Positions 47,043-57,422 of a stretch of DNA of 64,000 nt are shown here, in pieces. The notes under the pieces are model-generated. The model had not been told where the DNA came from and searched no databases. It saw only the letters and a list, made by a program, of their open reading frames with translations. The first letter of the stretch is position 1; each line of letters opens with the position of its first letter. The position numbers and the translations under genes are program-made. Origin of the DNA: Candidatus Campbellbacteria bacterium (lineage in GTDB: Bacteria > Patescibacteriota > Minisyncoccia > Phycocordibacterales > JABAAK01); the NCBI GenBank assembly GCA_028817035.1, contig JAPPQH010000015.1, positions 1,895-65,894 on the forward strand. Reading direction: 5' to 3'.

Positions 47043-47489
47043 ATGAAAATTCACGAACTCAAAAAAGAATCACATAAAAAAGATAAAAAAAGAATTGCAC
47101 GGGGAGGCGCAAGGGGTAAAACTGCTGGTCGCGGAACAAAAGGACAGAAATCAAGGGCAGGAACAAGGATAAGACCTGCTTTCAGGGATGTGTTTCAGAA
47201 GATACCAAAAAAGAGAGGACACAACAAAAATCGCGGAAGGACGCTTCGTCGCAGGTTTGTTCCAAGAACAGAGATATCAATTGGTTCGCTAAACAGCATA
47301 GAAGGAAAGCTAATAAATCCCCGCACACTTCTAAAGGGCGGTGTTATAAAAAAGCAAAGGGGAATGTTGCCAAATGTAAAACTGCTCGGAAGGGGTGATG
47401 TAAAAAAGGCATTTTCTGTATATAATTGTTTTGTATCAGAAAGTGCTAAACAAAAAATTGAAAAAGCAGGGGGTAAAGTGCACATATAA
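47043..47489 (+). CDS. rplO: 50S ribosomal protein L15
   Basis: GKTAGRGTKGQKSRAG. Confidence 0.96.
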   Translation: MKIHELKKESHKKDKKRIARGGARGKTAGRGTKGQKSRAGTRIRPAFRDVFQKIPKKRGHNKNRGRTLRRRFVPRTEISIGSLNSIEGKLINPRTLLKGGVIKKQRGMLPNVKLLGRGDVKKAFSVYNCFVSESAKQKIEKAGGKVHI

Positions 47490-47492
47490 ATT

Positions 47493-48776
47493 ATGACTAT
47501 AATACAAACATTATCAGCAATAGCAACTGACAAAATTCTCGTTAGAAGAATAGGATTCATCCTTTTTGGTCTTATCTGTTTCCGTCTTCTTGCTTCCATT
47601 CCTGTTCCAGGAGTTGATACAAATGTTCTAAGCGCACTCCTTGAACAAAACCAATTTTTAGGCATATTCAACATATTTTCAGGTGGTGGTCTTGAGAACT
47701 TTTCAATAGCACTTTTGGGTGTGTTTCCATACATTACTGTTGCCATTGTTGCCCAGTTGTTGACAAGCGTGATTCCACGACTTCACGAGCTTTATCACGA
47801 AGAGGGAGAAATAGGAAGAAAAAAGATGGGGCAATACATAAGAGTAGCATCCGTTCCCATCGCTGCTGCAAACGCATTCGGTCTTTTAACTTACTTTCAG
47901 ACAACGGGAGTCCTCCCAGAACTTGACTGGTTTGTGATGTTGGTAAATGTATCCGTCATGACGGCAGGTGCCGTTTTGTTGATGTGGGTTGGTGAGCTTA
48001 TGACAGAGTTTGGAATAGGTAACGGAATCTCAATGATAGTTTTTGCAGGTATCGTGGTTAACATCCCTACATTAATAGGTCAGGCAGTGTTTGCCTTTGA
48101 AACAGCAGATATACCGCTTTATGTCGGCATCATACTCGGCATATTTGTCTTGTTCTATATTGTTGTATTGGTGAATGAAGCAGCACGACCAGTCCCTGTA
48201 ACATACGCCCGTTTTGAGCGTAGCGGAACAACGCAAGCAAGCAGAACTTCTACATATCTTCCACTCAAAGTAAATCCAGTAGGAGTGTTGCCATCAATAT
48301 TTGCATTAACCATCGTGGCGTTTGTCCGATTTTTATCTGGAACTTTAAGCAATAGTTCAAACGAAATAGTTTCAACCGCCGCACAAGCGACACACACTTT
48401 TCTGGCAAATAATTATTACTTCGCAATTCCTGTGTTTATCCTTGTCATATTCTTCACATATTTCTACACGCCTATAGTCCTCAACACCAAAAAAATGTCA
48501 GAGAATTTGCAGAAACAAGGTGCGTTTGTTCCAGGGATAAGACCAGGAGGAGAAACAAAAGAATATATGGACACCATAATAATACGCATCTTGGGTGTCG
48601 GCGCTTTGTTCCTTGGTGTTGTGACTGCATCTCCGTTTTTAATTCAAGGAGGCGTAACACAGACAGCACTTTTTGCAATAGGTGGAACATCAGTTCTCAT
48701 TACCGTGTCTGTTATCCTTGATATTCATAGAAAAATACAGGCACACCTCGTAACCTTTAACAAAAATGATGTCTGA
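47493..48776 (+). CDS. secY: preprotein translocase SecY
   Basis: LGVFPYIT, GIGNGIS, PGIRPG. Confidence 0.97.
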   Translation: MTIIQTLSAIATDKILVRRIGFILFGLICFRLLASIPVPGVDTNVLSALLEQNQFLGIFNIFSGGGLENFSIALLGVFPYITVAIVAQLLTSVIPRLHELYHEEGEIGRKKMGQYIRVASVPIAAANAFGLLTYFQTTGVLPELDWFVMLVNVSVMTAGAVLLMWVGELMTEFGIGNGISMIVFAGIVVNIPTLIGQAVFAFETADIPLYVGIILGIFVLFYIVVLVNEAARPVPVTYARFERSGTTQASRTSTYLPLKVNPVGVLPSIFALTIVAFVRFLSGTLSNSSNEIVSTAAQATHTFLANNYYFAIPVFILVIFFTYFYTPIVLNTKKMSENLQKQGAFVPGIRPGGETKEYMDTIIIRILGVGALFLGVVTASPFLIQGGVTQTALFAIGGTSVLITVSVILDIHRKIQAHLVTFNKNDV

Positions 48777-49368
48777 TAACAAATGCTACATAATATACGG
48801 TTCGCCAGGATCGGGAAAAAGCGTTCAAGCTGAGATACTTGTGAAGTGGCTGAAGGAAGAAAAAAAGGAAAAAGCGACACTTTTCTCAATGGGGCACGCA
48901 CTCAGAGAAATGGCGAAAGAAGACGAGGGGACCCTTTTTGGTAGGTGTCTAAAAGAGTATTTGAATAAAGGATACCTTGTCCCCAAATTCCTACCAACGA
49001 TGATATGGGGTGATTTCCTAAGAAAAAATATAGGCAGCGAATATGACTCATTTGTGTTTGACGGTGGCGCAAGAAGGATAGGAGAATCAGAAAGCCTGTC
49101 AGAAGCCCTTAAATTTCTGAAAATGGATCCAGTAGTTTTTTTGATATCTGTCCCCAACGATGTCTCAAGAGAAAGATTGCTGAAACGAGGTCGGCATGAT
49201 GATAGGGATATTGAAGTCATAGACAAGAGGATTGAGATGTTTAATAAAGAAACAAGCGCAGCGATAAAAGAATGGGTCGCAATGGATGAAAAAATATACA
49301 CAATAGATGGCACAAAGACGATAGGAGGTGTCGCTGAGCAAGTAGTTGATGTCCTAAAATCTCTATGA
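48766..49368 (+). CDS. adk: adenylate kinase
   Basis: GSPGSGKS, FDG..R, RGRHDD; follows secY. Confidence 0.88.
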   Translation: MMSDNKCYIIYGSPGSGKSVQAEILVKWLKEEKKEKATLFSMGHALREMAKEDEGTLFGRCLKEYLNKGYLVPKFLPTMIWGDFLRKNIGSEYDSFVFDGGARRIGESESLSEALKFLKMDPVVFLISVPNDVSRERLLKRGRHDDRDIEVIDKRIEMFNKETSAAIKEWVAMDEKIYTIDGTKTIGGVAEQVVDVLKSL

Positions 49369-50135
49369 TAATAAAAACACAAAAAGAACGAGATACCATA
49401 AAAGAAGCTGGTAGGCGATTGCATAAAATATTAAGAGATGTCGCATCACGCGCAAAGGTTGGAACAGATGCGAGTGAATTAAATACTCTCTGTATAGAAA
49501 TGATAAAAGCAGGCGGTGATGTTCCAGCGTTTCTGAATTACACGCCGTATGGCGCAAAGAGACCTTATCCCGCAGCGCTCTGTGTGTCTGTTAATGATGA
49601 AGTGGTACACGGCATTCCAAATGAAACACAAAAAGTATTCAAAAAAGGTGATGTCGTGTCATTTGACTGCGGACTCATACACAACGGGTTTTTTGTTGAT
49701 TCTGCGATAACAATAGTAATTGGCGAGGATGATATAGACAAAAACTTAAAGCGGCTTCTAAGGACGGGAAGAGAAGCGCTTGAAATGGGGATTGTCGCAG
49801 CAAAGACAGGAAACACAACAGGTCACATAGGACATGCTGTTTATGAAAGAGTATCAAAAGAAAACTACAGTGTCCCAAAAGAGTTGGGCGGTCACGGAGT
49901 GGGCAGAGCAGTTCACGAAGAACCTTTTATTCCTAACAAAGGAATAAAAGGAAGCGGTGAAGTTCTTAAAGAAGGACAGGTTATCGCAATAGAGCCCATG
50001 GTTATTGAAAGCACAAACAACAAAATTAAAGTTGATGAAGACGGCTACACATACAGAACAAAAAGCGGTGCACGGGCAGTTCACTTTGAACATACCATTG
50101 AAGTGACAAACAAAGGTGGAGTTGTCATAACTTAG
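49365..50135 (+). CDS. map: methionine aminopeptidase
   Basis: SVNDEVVHGIP, GHGVG, IEPM, HFEHT. Confidence 0.97.
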   Translation: MIIKTQKERDTIKEAGRRLHKILRDVASRAKVGTDASELNTLCIEMIKAGGDVPAFLNYTPYGAKRPYPAALCVSVNDEVVHGIPNETQKVFKKGDVVSFDCGLIHNGFFVDSAITIVIGEDDIDKNLKRLLRTGREALEMGIVAAKTGNTTGHIGHAVYERVSKENYSVPKELGGHGVGRAVHEEPFIPNKGIKGSGEVLKEGQVIAIEPMVIESTNNKIKVDEDGYTYRTKSGARAVHFEHTIEVTNKGGVVIT

Positions 50136-50159
50136 GAAAAATAATATAATTCTTTGTAT

Positions 50160-50753
50160 ATGAAAAACGAAAAAACATTAGTCATAGTCAAGCCAGACGG
50201 TGTCCAGCGCTCTCTCATAGGAGAAATAATTACAAGAATGGAAAGAGTAGGGCTTAAATTGGTTGCTATAAAAATTTTGATACCAGATGATGAAACAGTA
50301 AGAAAACATTACACCGTTGACCCTATGTGGATTAAGGGCACAGGTGAAAAACTTATTGAGAATCTAAAAAACAAAGGATCAAACGAGTTTGAAACACCAG
50401 AAGAAGCCGGAAAATCTGTTTTGAACAACCTTGTTAAGTTTATGACTTGTGGACCTGTTGTTGCTATGGTATGGCAGGGCGCAAACGCAGTGCAACTTGT
50501 GAGAAAACTTGTGGGAACAACCGAACCCTTGTCTTCTGATGTGGGAACAATAAGAGGGGACTTGGTGCTTGACTCCTACAAACTCGCAGATGTTGACGGA
50601 AGGGCAGTCAGGAACATAATTCACGCCTCTTCTTCCACAGAGGATGCTGACAAAGAGGTAGCCGTTTGGTTTGATAATAAAGAGCTTTTGAAGTATCGCC
50701 TAATTGCAGAGCAAATAATCTATGATGTCAATATTGACGGTCTAAAGGAGTGA
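50160..50753 (+). CDS. ndk: nucleoside diphosphate kinase
   Basis: IVKPDGVQR, GTIRGD, RNIIHAS. Confidence 0.95.
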   Translation: MKNEKTLVIVKPDGVQRSLIGEIITRMERVGLKLVAIKILIPDDETVRKHYTVDPMWIKGTGEKLIENLKNKGSNEFETPEEAGKSVLNNLVKFMTCGPVVAMVWQGANAVQLVRKLVGTTEPLSSDVGTIRGDLVLDSYKLADVDGRAVRNIIHASSSTEDADKEVAVWFDNKELLKYRLIAEQIIYDVNIDGLKE

Positions 50754-50766
50754 TTTAAAATATAAG

Positions 50767-50913
50767 TAGTGTTCTGGAAGAGATTACACAATATATATAG
50801 GATATACTCGATACAATTTTAATTGAGTTAACCACATGACCAAAAGGTCTTATAAGGAGCACTTTAAAAACACACAAAGCCTATCCTGCTCTAAGGATAG
50901 GTTTTGTGTGTTT
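50767..50913 (+). ncRNA. candidate sRNA or structured 3' element ending in a long hairpin
   Basis: closing stem GTGTTCT/GGAGCAC, two inner hairpins, 20-bp stem 50868-50913. Confidence 0.35.
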
Positions 50914-50944
50914 ATCCGTTTTTTGTGGGTGTATACTAAGAAAT

Positions 50945-51796
50945 ATGGAAAACTACATAGGTTTAATTGTCATACTTATATCCGTTGCAGTAATTATTTT
51001 TTTCTTAATAATAATAATTCTTTTTTATGATGACATCCTTAAATTTGCTCCACAGGAAATAAGAATTCGTGATGAAACCTCCACAACAACAGACAACAGA
51101 GATAGAGAAACACAATCCCCACTTCAAGACAACAGAGAAACACGCACACAAGAGCAAGAACAAGAAGACACAAGAGATGAAGAAAGCATAGCACGAGATT
51201 ATGAAACAGATGAAGAAACTCTCATCCGTCTTGCAAGAAGTAGAGATGAAGATGTCAGATACGAAGTTGCGAGAAACCCAAACACACCAAAAGAATCATT
51301 GCGCCGTCTTGCAGAAGATGATTTTGATTTTGTAAGAAAAGAAGTCGCAAAAAATGAAAACACATTAGGAAAAACACTTGATTACCTTGCCGGTGACGGT
51401 GATTGGGAAGTAAGAGAGTATGTTGCGCAACATTCAAACACTTTTACCACAACACTTGACACACTTTCAAAAGATAAAAGACGAGAGGTAAGAGAAGAAG
51501 TCGCACTTAACCCAAGAACAACAAGGGGGACACTTCGCTCCCTTGCAAGCGATCAAGAGGAAAATGTGAGAGAAGCCGTTGCAAGACACCCCAATACATC
51601 ATCACAAACACTCCGCTTCCTCTCACGCGACACCTATGCAGAGATAAGAGAAGAAGTGGCAGGAAACCCCAACACACCATCAGATGTCCTTGGACGGCTT
51701 TCTGATAACGATGAAGAAAAAGATAGATATGTAAGAAAAGCAGCAGTCAGAAATCCCAACTACGATTCAGAAAAATACAAATACGAAAACGATTAA
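50945..51796 (+). CDS. membrane-anchored LRV/HEAT-like repeat protein
   Basis: N-terminal TM; about 7 repeats of LA.D....VR..VA.NPNT. Confidence 0.8.
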   Translation: MENYIGLIVILISVAVIIFFLIIIILFYDDILKFAPQEIRIRDETSTTTDNRDRETQSPLQDNRETRTQEQEQEDTRDEESIARDYETDEETLIRLARSRDEDVRYEVARNPNTPKESLRRLAEDDFDFVRKEVAKNENTLGKTLDYLAGDGDWEVREYVAQHSNTFTTTLDTLSKDKRREVREEVALNPRTTRGTLRSLASDQEENVREAVARHPNTSSQTLRFLSRDTYAEIREEVAGNPNTPSDVLGRLSDNDEEKDRYVRKAAVRNPNYDSEKYKYEND

Positions 51797-51877
51797 ATCT
51801 ACTTTTACCAATCTATAGTAAATATTCTATCGAAGACCCCTATTCACACCAAACAATTTTTATTATAAGATATAGTA

Positions 51878-52192
51878 ATGAAAAAAAATTATAAATATAT
51901 TATAGGTGTAGCGGTGATTATAATAGTCGCTGGTGTTTTATATGTAAATAGTGTCCATTACAAGGCAACTCAATATTGTAACTCAACAATAAAAGATTCT
52001 TATCGTACCATCGCTTGTATTGGGTCTGAAAGTGGAGAAAGAGTGTTTCTACCTCTGGGCGAAAGTTGCAATACATACTTGTGGAGGGGAATAAAATTTA
52101 CAGGAAAAACAGAAGAGCAGTTAGAACGGGATGTAAAGAGTTGTATAAGTGAGTATAAGAGAGAATACAAGATTAAAAAATATGAGTTGTAA
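51878..52192 (+). CDS. hypothetical exported protein
   Basis: N-terminal hydrophobic anchor, 4 Cys. Confidence 0.6.
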   Translation: MKKNYKYIIGVAVIIIVAGVLYVNSVHYKATQYCNSTIKDSYRTIACIGSESGERVFLPLGESCNTYLWRGIKFTGKTEEQLERDVKSCISEYKREYKIKKYEL

Positions 52193-52210
52193 TTAAACAC
52201 AAAGTATAAT

Positions 52211-53014
52211 TTACCCTGTTTCTTCTTCTATCAATTTTAACATTATTTGTCTTTTTTCCTTTGGACCAGAAGGATATAACCGTGAAGGGTGTTGTATAGT
52301 GGTCATTGCTCCTACTATATCACCAGTTGTATCATCAAAACTTTCTTGAAATGTTGCACATGCCAGACAGTAAGGAAGATTGTGAAGAGGTAAAAATTGC
52401 ACCTCAAATTTCTCTTCTTGAAACACTTTCTCAGTATTCCCATCAAACAAATCCCTTATTATTTGTTCAACATAAAGTCCTTTTTTCCCAATCCCTGTTT
52501 TATCTTTATCTGTTAAAAAAATCGCTGTTCTTAATTTTTCTGCACTTTTATCATTGCAAGTCGAGTAAACAAAATCACCTTTTTTCGGATTTTCTTTATA
52601 TTTATCATTTATATTAAAGTTTAATATATATGCTATAAGACTAATACCATTTTCCTTAAAATATTCTAATTCCAATTCCTCAACATACATACCAATTCCT
52701 TTTATTGTTCCATCATTATTTCTACCAGAGGTAATACCCCTGCCTGAAATCTGAATAAATACCTCTTTTCCAAATATATGAAAACTTAACTTTGGCTCAG
52801 TGCTTAAATCTAAAGAATCCATCTCATTTAAGTCCTGCCCATCCTGTCTTGCAACATCCCATCTCTTATTGGAAGAGTTTTTTAGATAACTATTTGGAAT
52901 AGTAATAGCAAATCCATCACTAATTAGAAAGATCTTTGCCAAATTCCTTTCAGCGTGGCGAACATATATTCTATCTTTTTTCATACCTTCACTATATTGT
53001 TCCACATGTATCAT
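52211..53014 (-). CDS. hypothetical protein
   Basis: 267-aa AT-rich ORF downstream of rplT. Confidence 0.65.
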   Translation of the reverse strand: MIHVEQYSEGMKKDRIYVRHAERNLAKIFLISDGFAITIPNSYLKNSSNKRWDVARQDGQDLNEMDSLDLSTEPKLSFHIFGKEVFIQISGRGITSGRNNDGTIKGIGMYVEELELEYFKENGISLIAYILNFNINDKYKENPKKGDFVYSTCNDKSAEKLRTAIFLTDKDKTGIGKKGLYVEQIIRDLFDGNTEKVFQEEKFEVQFLPLHNLPYCLACATFQESFDDTTGDIVGAMTTIQHPSRLYPSGPKEKRQIMLKLIEEETG

Positions 53015-53040
53015 AATAAAATGTAGTAACTCTGAGTTAA

Positions 53041-53391
53041 CTACTTACTCTCCACCTGCGTGACAATTCTATCAAATGTTTCGGGATGTTCCTGCGCTAT
53101 GGAAGAAAGCATCTTTCGGTTTATATTTATTTTTCTTTTATTTAAAGTATCTATAAATTTACTGTAAGTGGTATTTTTTGATCTCAAGGCAGCGTTTAAT
53201 CTAATGTTCCACAACCTTCTGAAAGTTCCCTTTTTTACCCGCCTATCTCTGTATGCGTGGAGTCCAGCGTGCCTTATAGCCTCGTTTGCCTGTCGCTCTT
53301 TATTTGAAATTCCAAAACGAAAACCTTTCACCTTTTTTAAGGTACTCTTTCTTCTTTTTAGTGATGTTGTTCCTCGTTTTATTCTTGGCAT
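53041..53391 (-). CDS. rplT: 50S ribosomal protein L20
   Basis: MPRIKRG, FRRLWNIRLNAA, INRKMLS. Confidence 0.97.
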   Translation of the reverse strand: MPRIKRGTTSLKRRKSTLKKVKGFRFGISNKERQANEAIRHAGLHAYRDRRVKKGTFRRLWNIRLNAALRSKNTTYSKFIDTLNKRKININRKMLSSIAQEHPETFDRIVTQVESK

Positions 53392-53406
53392 AAATAGATA
53401 GTATAA

Positions 53407-53589
53407 TTAAAGATTTACAAAGAACCTCTGCATCTCTTTTTTAGACACAGACAGCGGTCTGCCCCTGTTCCTTGCCAGTTGCTTCCTGCGTGACATTTTT
53501 GCATTAAAATGACCGTGACCTGACTTTCTTACTCTCACGCCAGACCCTTTCAATGCAATTCTCTTTTTTACTGATTTATTTGTTTTCAT
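53407..53589 (-). CDS. rpmI: 50S ribosomal protein L35
   Basis: MKTNKSVKKR...GHGHFNAK; precedes rplT. Confidence 0.9.
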   Translation of the reverse strand: MKTNKSVKKRIALKGSGVRVRKSGHGHFNAKMSRRKQLARNRGRPLSVSKKEMQRFFVNL

Positions 53590-53669
53590 ATTCTACAAAT
53601 AGACAATATATAAAACATACACTATTTCCCATTATTAAGTCAATCCCATCGCAAATATCGCTTTATGGA

Positions 53670-53704
53670 AAAAAAAGGAGACCCATACGACCGTATGGGT
53701 CTCT
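53670..53704 (-). terminator. intrinsic terminator
   Basis: GAGACCCATACG/CGTATGGGTCTC with a T run on the minus strand. Confidence 0.75.
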
Positions 53705-53709
53705 CGGGA

Positions 53710-54048
53710 TCAATGTAGCGTAGGAACTGCGCCCTCTGTGGGCTTGCTCTCACCCCCTGCGGACCTTTCCTTACCCAACACCTTTGAGGTTACTCGGTAT
53801 GCCGTCTCCGCGCACATTTGGTTGAAACCAACCCTACGCCAAACTCTCACGAATTCCTCTTCTCCCAGACCAAAAATTATTGAAAGCTCCTCTCTTGTGA
53901 AGATGAAAACAAAATTCCTTATAGCATCTTCTTTCTCAGGGGTCATATCACCCTCACCAAGGGCTTTAATCCTCTTTCTGTCTCCATCTGAAAGAAAACT
54001 CCTTACCCTTTTAACGATACCTTTAACCACTGCCTCTTTGTTCTCCAT
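53710..54048 (-). CDS. hypothetical protein inserted between infC and rpmI
   Basis: ORF with GAGGTG SD before MENKE and its own terminator. Confidence 0.65.
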   Translation of the reverse strand: MENKEAVVKGIVKRVRSFLSDGDRKRIKALGEGDMTPEKEDAIRNFVFIFTREELSIIFGLGEEEFVRVWRRVGFNQMCAETAYRVTSKVLGKERSAGGESKPTEGAVPTLH

Positions 54049-54175
54049 CTGCTTCCACCTCTCTGTGTGTAAAACCTTTTTGTCCTTTCTCTTTTCCTTT
54101 CTCATAGAATAGAAAAGATTAATAAAAATATTATCACACCCCACGAAAAAACACAACCCGCCACCAAACCACCAA

Positions 54176-54754
54176 CTACTCGCCCTTCTTCTTTTCTTCA
54201 GTTTGATCTTTTACACCACCACCTTTCTTCTCCTGTATCACTATAGAAAAACCCTTAGGACTCTTTTTCAATTCTTCTGCCACATCATAAGGGTAGGGTA
54301 TGAAATCTAAAAATGCCTGCAACTTGCCCTTAAGAAATTTCTCATCCATATATTTATAGCGACCAAACAAAAATAAATCAATCCGAACCCTGTGCTTCTC
54401 TTTCAGCCACTCTTCAATTTTTTTGGCTCGCATATTTATCTCGTTTTTTCCTGTGGTTGGTTTTATCTGTATGGTCTTCGTCTCGCTTATGTGTTGTTTC
54501 TGTTTTATCTCCTTCTGTTTCTTTTTCTGCTCGTATGCATATTTGCCGTATTCAACTATTCTGACAACAGGCGGAACCGCCTTTCCTGACACCTCAACAA
54601 CATCAAGCCCATCTTTCTGCGCCATCGCAATAACATCCTTAATAGACATCACATTAAGGTTTTCGCCGTCTTTTCCTATTGCACGGACCTTCTCTGCCCT
54701 AATCTCCTCATTTATGCGAACTCTCCCCGAGCTCTTTTTTAGTTTATTTTTCAA
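54176..54754 (-). CDS. infC: translation initiation factor IF-3
   Basis: RINEEIRA, DVVEV, PPVVRIVEYGKY. Confidence 0.95.
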   Translation of the reverse strand: MKNKLKKSSGRVRINEEIRAEKVRAIGKDGENLNVMSIKDVIAMAQKDGLDVVEVSGKAVPPVVRIVEYGKYAYEQKKKQKEIKQKQHISETKTIQIKPTTGKNEINMRAKKIEEWLKEKHRVRIDLFLFGRYKYMDEKFLKGKLQAFLDFIPYPYDVAEELKKSPKGFSIVIQEKKGGGVKDQTEEKKKGE

Positions 54755-54838
54755 AATTTATATTTATTATCTTATAAATTAAGTATAGCGACATAAGCAT
54801 AATATGTAAAGCGCAAATTGTTGATGTATAATTGGGTA

Positions 54839-55576
54839 ATGGAAGGTTCTCGACACAACAAAACCAAAAAACACAAAGCACAAATCATATTTTCCTTTTA
54901 TTTGTCTTTAATAATCGGTGTGGCTATGATCTTTAGCGCACTTTGGTATACAAACAGCGTGCTCCTGTTCGGCATCAAGGACTCAATAAACAGCGTAAAA
55001 GGAACACTCATCATTTCTGTCAACAGCAAAATAAAAAGCATCACCTCTGAAGACCACATCCGCGGAGACAAAGACAAAGCAGAAGTTTTTTTGATAGAGT
55101 ATTCCGATGTATTCTGTCCAGCATGCGCACAAATGCGTGAAACAATAAGAAAAGAATATAACTCAAGAAACAAAGACCTGGCTTGGGTGTACAGACACTT
55201 TCCACTCTCAACACATCACCCCTTTGCATACAGACCCGCGATTGGATCTGAATGTGTCGCTGAAATAAAAGGCAACGATGACTTCTGGAGATATGTAGAC
55301 ACATTGTTTGAGATAGAAAAAAGAGAAAAAGTAACAACAGAAATAGTGGAAAGGGAAGCAGTATCCTTGGGCATCTCTGAGCAGGAGTTTGAAAGATGCA
55401 TAGTAAAAAGAAAACATCAAGCGCGAGTCTTTGATGAGCGACTTGAAGCATTTTCTGCAGGAGCAATAGGAACGCCATTTATCATATTGGTAAACAGAAA
55501 CGGCGAAGTAAAAACACTACGCGGTGGCGCAATCCAGCAAAAAATACTCGCAGGCTTTATAGATTCTCTTTTGTAA
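54839..55576 (+). CDS. DsbA/BdbD-like thiol-disulfide oxidoreductase
   Basis: EYSDVFCPAC, YRHFPL, GTP. Confidence 0.9.
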   Translation: MEGSRHNKTKKHKAQIIFSFYLSLIIGVAMIFSALWYTNSVLLFGIKDSINSVKGTLIISVNSKIKSITSEDHIRGDKDKAEVFLIEYSDVFCPACAQMRETIRKEYNSRNKDLAWVYRHFPLSTHHPFAYRPAIGSECVAEIKGNDDFWRYVDTLFEIEKREKVTTEIVEREAVSLGISEQEFERCIVKRKHQARVFDERLEAFSAGAIGTPFIILVNRNGEVKTLRGGAIQQKILAGFIDSLL

Positions 55577-55607
55577 GCGTTTATTTAGTGTATAATGATA
55601 TTTATAT

Positions 55608-56378
55608 ATGGAAGAAATAGAAACCAAACAAAAAAATAAAAAAACAAACGCCTTTGTCTTTTTTGTTGTATTAATCGTAATAGTTTTTTTACTCCTTTTT
55701 TATTCTACTGAAGTCAGCGAAGACATAGCCCGAGAACAACCAACACAACCCGCACAGCCAACACAACCAACGCCACCAACACAAAGAAACAGCGGCTACA
55801 GCAACGCCGACAGCACCGACAGATTTATAGAAGCCCTGGTAACCATCCGCGAATATGATCACATACGGGGAAACAGAAACTCAGAGGTCAGCGTCATTGA
55901 ATACTCTGACTTCCAATGCCCGTTTTGTGGCAGAGTTCACAACACACTTATTGAAACCGTAGAAGAATCAAACGGCAGAGTTTCGTGGGTTTATAGACAC
56001 CTCCCACTAACAGAAATACACCCCACAGCAACCGCCGCATCAAGCGTCTCTGAATGCATCGCAAGAGAGAAGGGAAACGATGAATTTTGGAGATTTACTG
56101 ACACACTATTTCTAAACGGAACAATATCTCTGAGTAGCAGAACACAGTTAGTAAAAGACACAGAAAGACAATTCCAAATATCAGAAACTACACTCAACCA
56201 GTGCATATCAGACCTCGCCATATCAGACCGCATAAAAGCAGACACAAACGAAGCAATACGCGCAAACATAAGAGGAACCCCCGGTCTATTATTGGTAAAC
56301 CACACAACAAAAAGATACCGCTTGTTACCAGGTGCAGTTTCAAAAGAACAACTCATCAGAGCAATAGCAAGTCTATAA
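55608..56378 (+). CDS. DsbA/BdbD-like thiol-disulfide oxidoreductase (tandem paralog)
   Basis: EYSDFQCPFC, YRHLPL, GTP. Confidence 0.9.
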   Translation: MEEIETKQKNKKTNAFVFFVVLIVIVFLLLFYSTEVSEDIAREQPTQPAQPTQPTPPTQRNSGYSNADSTDRFIEALVTIREYDHIRGNRNSEVSVIEYSDFQCPFCGRVHNTLIETVEESNGRVSWVYRHLPLTEIHPTATAASSVSECIAREKGNDEFWRFTDTLFLNGTISLSSRTQLVKDTERQFQISETTLNQCISDLAISDRIKADTNEAIRANIRGTPGLLLVNHTTKRYRLLPGAVSKEQLIRAIASL

Positions 56379-56388
56379 AACAGTCACC

Positions 56389-57168
56389 ATGGCATCTTTA
56401 ATAACACTAATGTTCGGCGCCTTTTTAGCAGGCATCGCGCTTTTTCTACTTCCTTGCACATACCCATTAATCCCCGGTTACCTTGCGATTCTATATCAAG
56501 AAGGCGACACAAAACAAAAAATGATGAAAAAAGCAGTCGCCTTTCTCGTAGGTTTTTCAATCATCATATTATTATTGTTCGGCGTATTGTCTGTCGCTGG
56601 TTTTACGATACAAGTTCTGTTCGCACCATTTCAATCATTACTTATTAAACTGGGAGGCATAATAATTATTTTCTTCGGCATACTAATCATATTTGCCGGC
56701 GCCTACCCATCATTTCTAAAAAAGACATATCATTTTGTCGGCATAAACAAACCCACAAACAATAACTCAATAACCACATCCTTTTCACTCGGCGCGTTTT
56801 TGGCACTCGGCTGGACACCCTGTCTTGGTCCAATAATAGGGAGCATAGTGATACTCACAAGCCTTTGGGACACATTCCTTGAAGGACTCTTGTTGCTAAC
56901 CGTCTTCCTCATTGGCTTCACCCTACCTTTTCTCGCTATTGCTTGGGTATATGCAAGCGCCTCAACAACCCCAAAAATTCCAAACTGGTTTTTCAAGGCA
57001 GTTTCAATAATAGGCGGACTCGTCCTTATAATCTTAGGATTTTTGCTATTTTTTGATGAACTTGGTTTAATAGCATATGTGGGCTACCAAACAGCAGACA
57101 ACCTCGGGTGGCTCTCTGAGGTAATTAATGGGCTTGAAAACATTGCAGAAAAGTTTTTTAATCAGTAA
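56389..57168 (+). CDS. ccdA: CcdA/DsbD-like membrane protein
   Basis: PCTYPLIPGY, WTPCLGP. Confidence 0.9.
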   Translation: MASLITLMFGAFLAGIALFLLPCTYPLIPGYLAILYQEGDTKQKMMKKAVAFLVGFSIIILLLFGVLSVAGFTIQVLFAPFQSLLIKLGGIIIIFFGILIIFAGAYPSFLKKTYHFVGINKPTNNNSITTSFSLGAFLALGWTPCLGPIIGSIVILTSLWDTFLEGLLLLTVFLIGFTLPFLAIAWVYASASTTPKIPNWFFKAVSIIGGLVLIILGFLLFFDELGLIAYVGYQTADNLGWLSEVINGLENIAEKFFNQ

Positions 57169-57245
57169 ATCTCAGTAAATTTTGCTGACTTTACACAGCC
57201 CGTCTTTATATATATAATAAAACCCTATAATAAAATTTGTAAATC

Positions 57246-57422
57246 GTGAGATTAATAAGATACATAAGCAATGTAATTGCAGAATCAAAAAAAGTCAGGT
57301 GGCTACCCATAAAAGACGCCACCAAGCTTACCATATTGGTTGTAATAATAACCCTACTCGTTGCTTTTATTTTAGGATCTCTTGATTACGGAACAAATTA
57401 CATTATCCGCACAATCATATGA
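57246..57422 (+). CDS. secE: preprotein translocase SecE (not in the ORF track)
   Basis: GTG start; AESKKVRW plus TM...LD; directly precedes nusG. Confidence 0.88.
   Translation: MRLIRYISNVIAESKKVRWLPIKDATKLTILVVIITLLVAFILGSLDYGTNYIIRTII

Noticed and set aside
54786-54812. dif-like site ACATAAGCATAATATGTAAA
   Set aside because: Arm spacing and XerD half-site do not fit, it lies in a divergent promoter region, and it is close to parS
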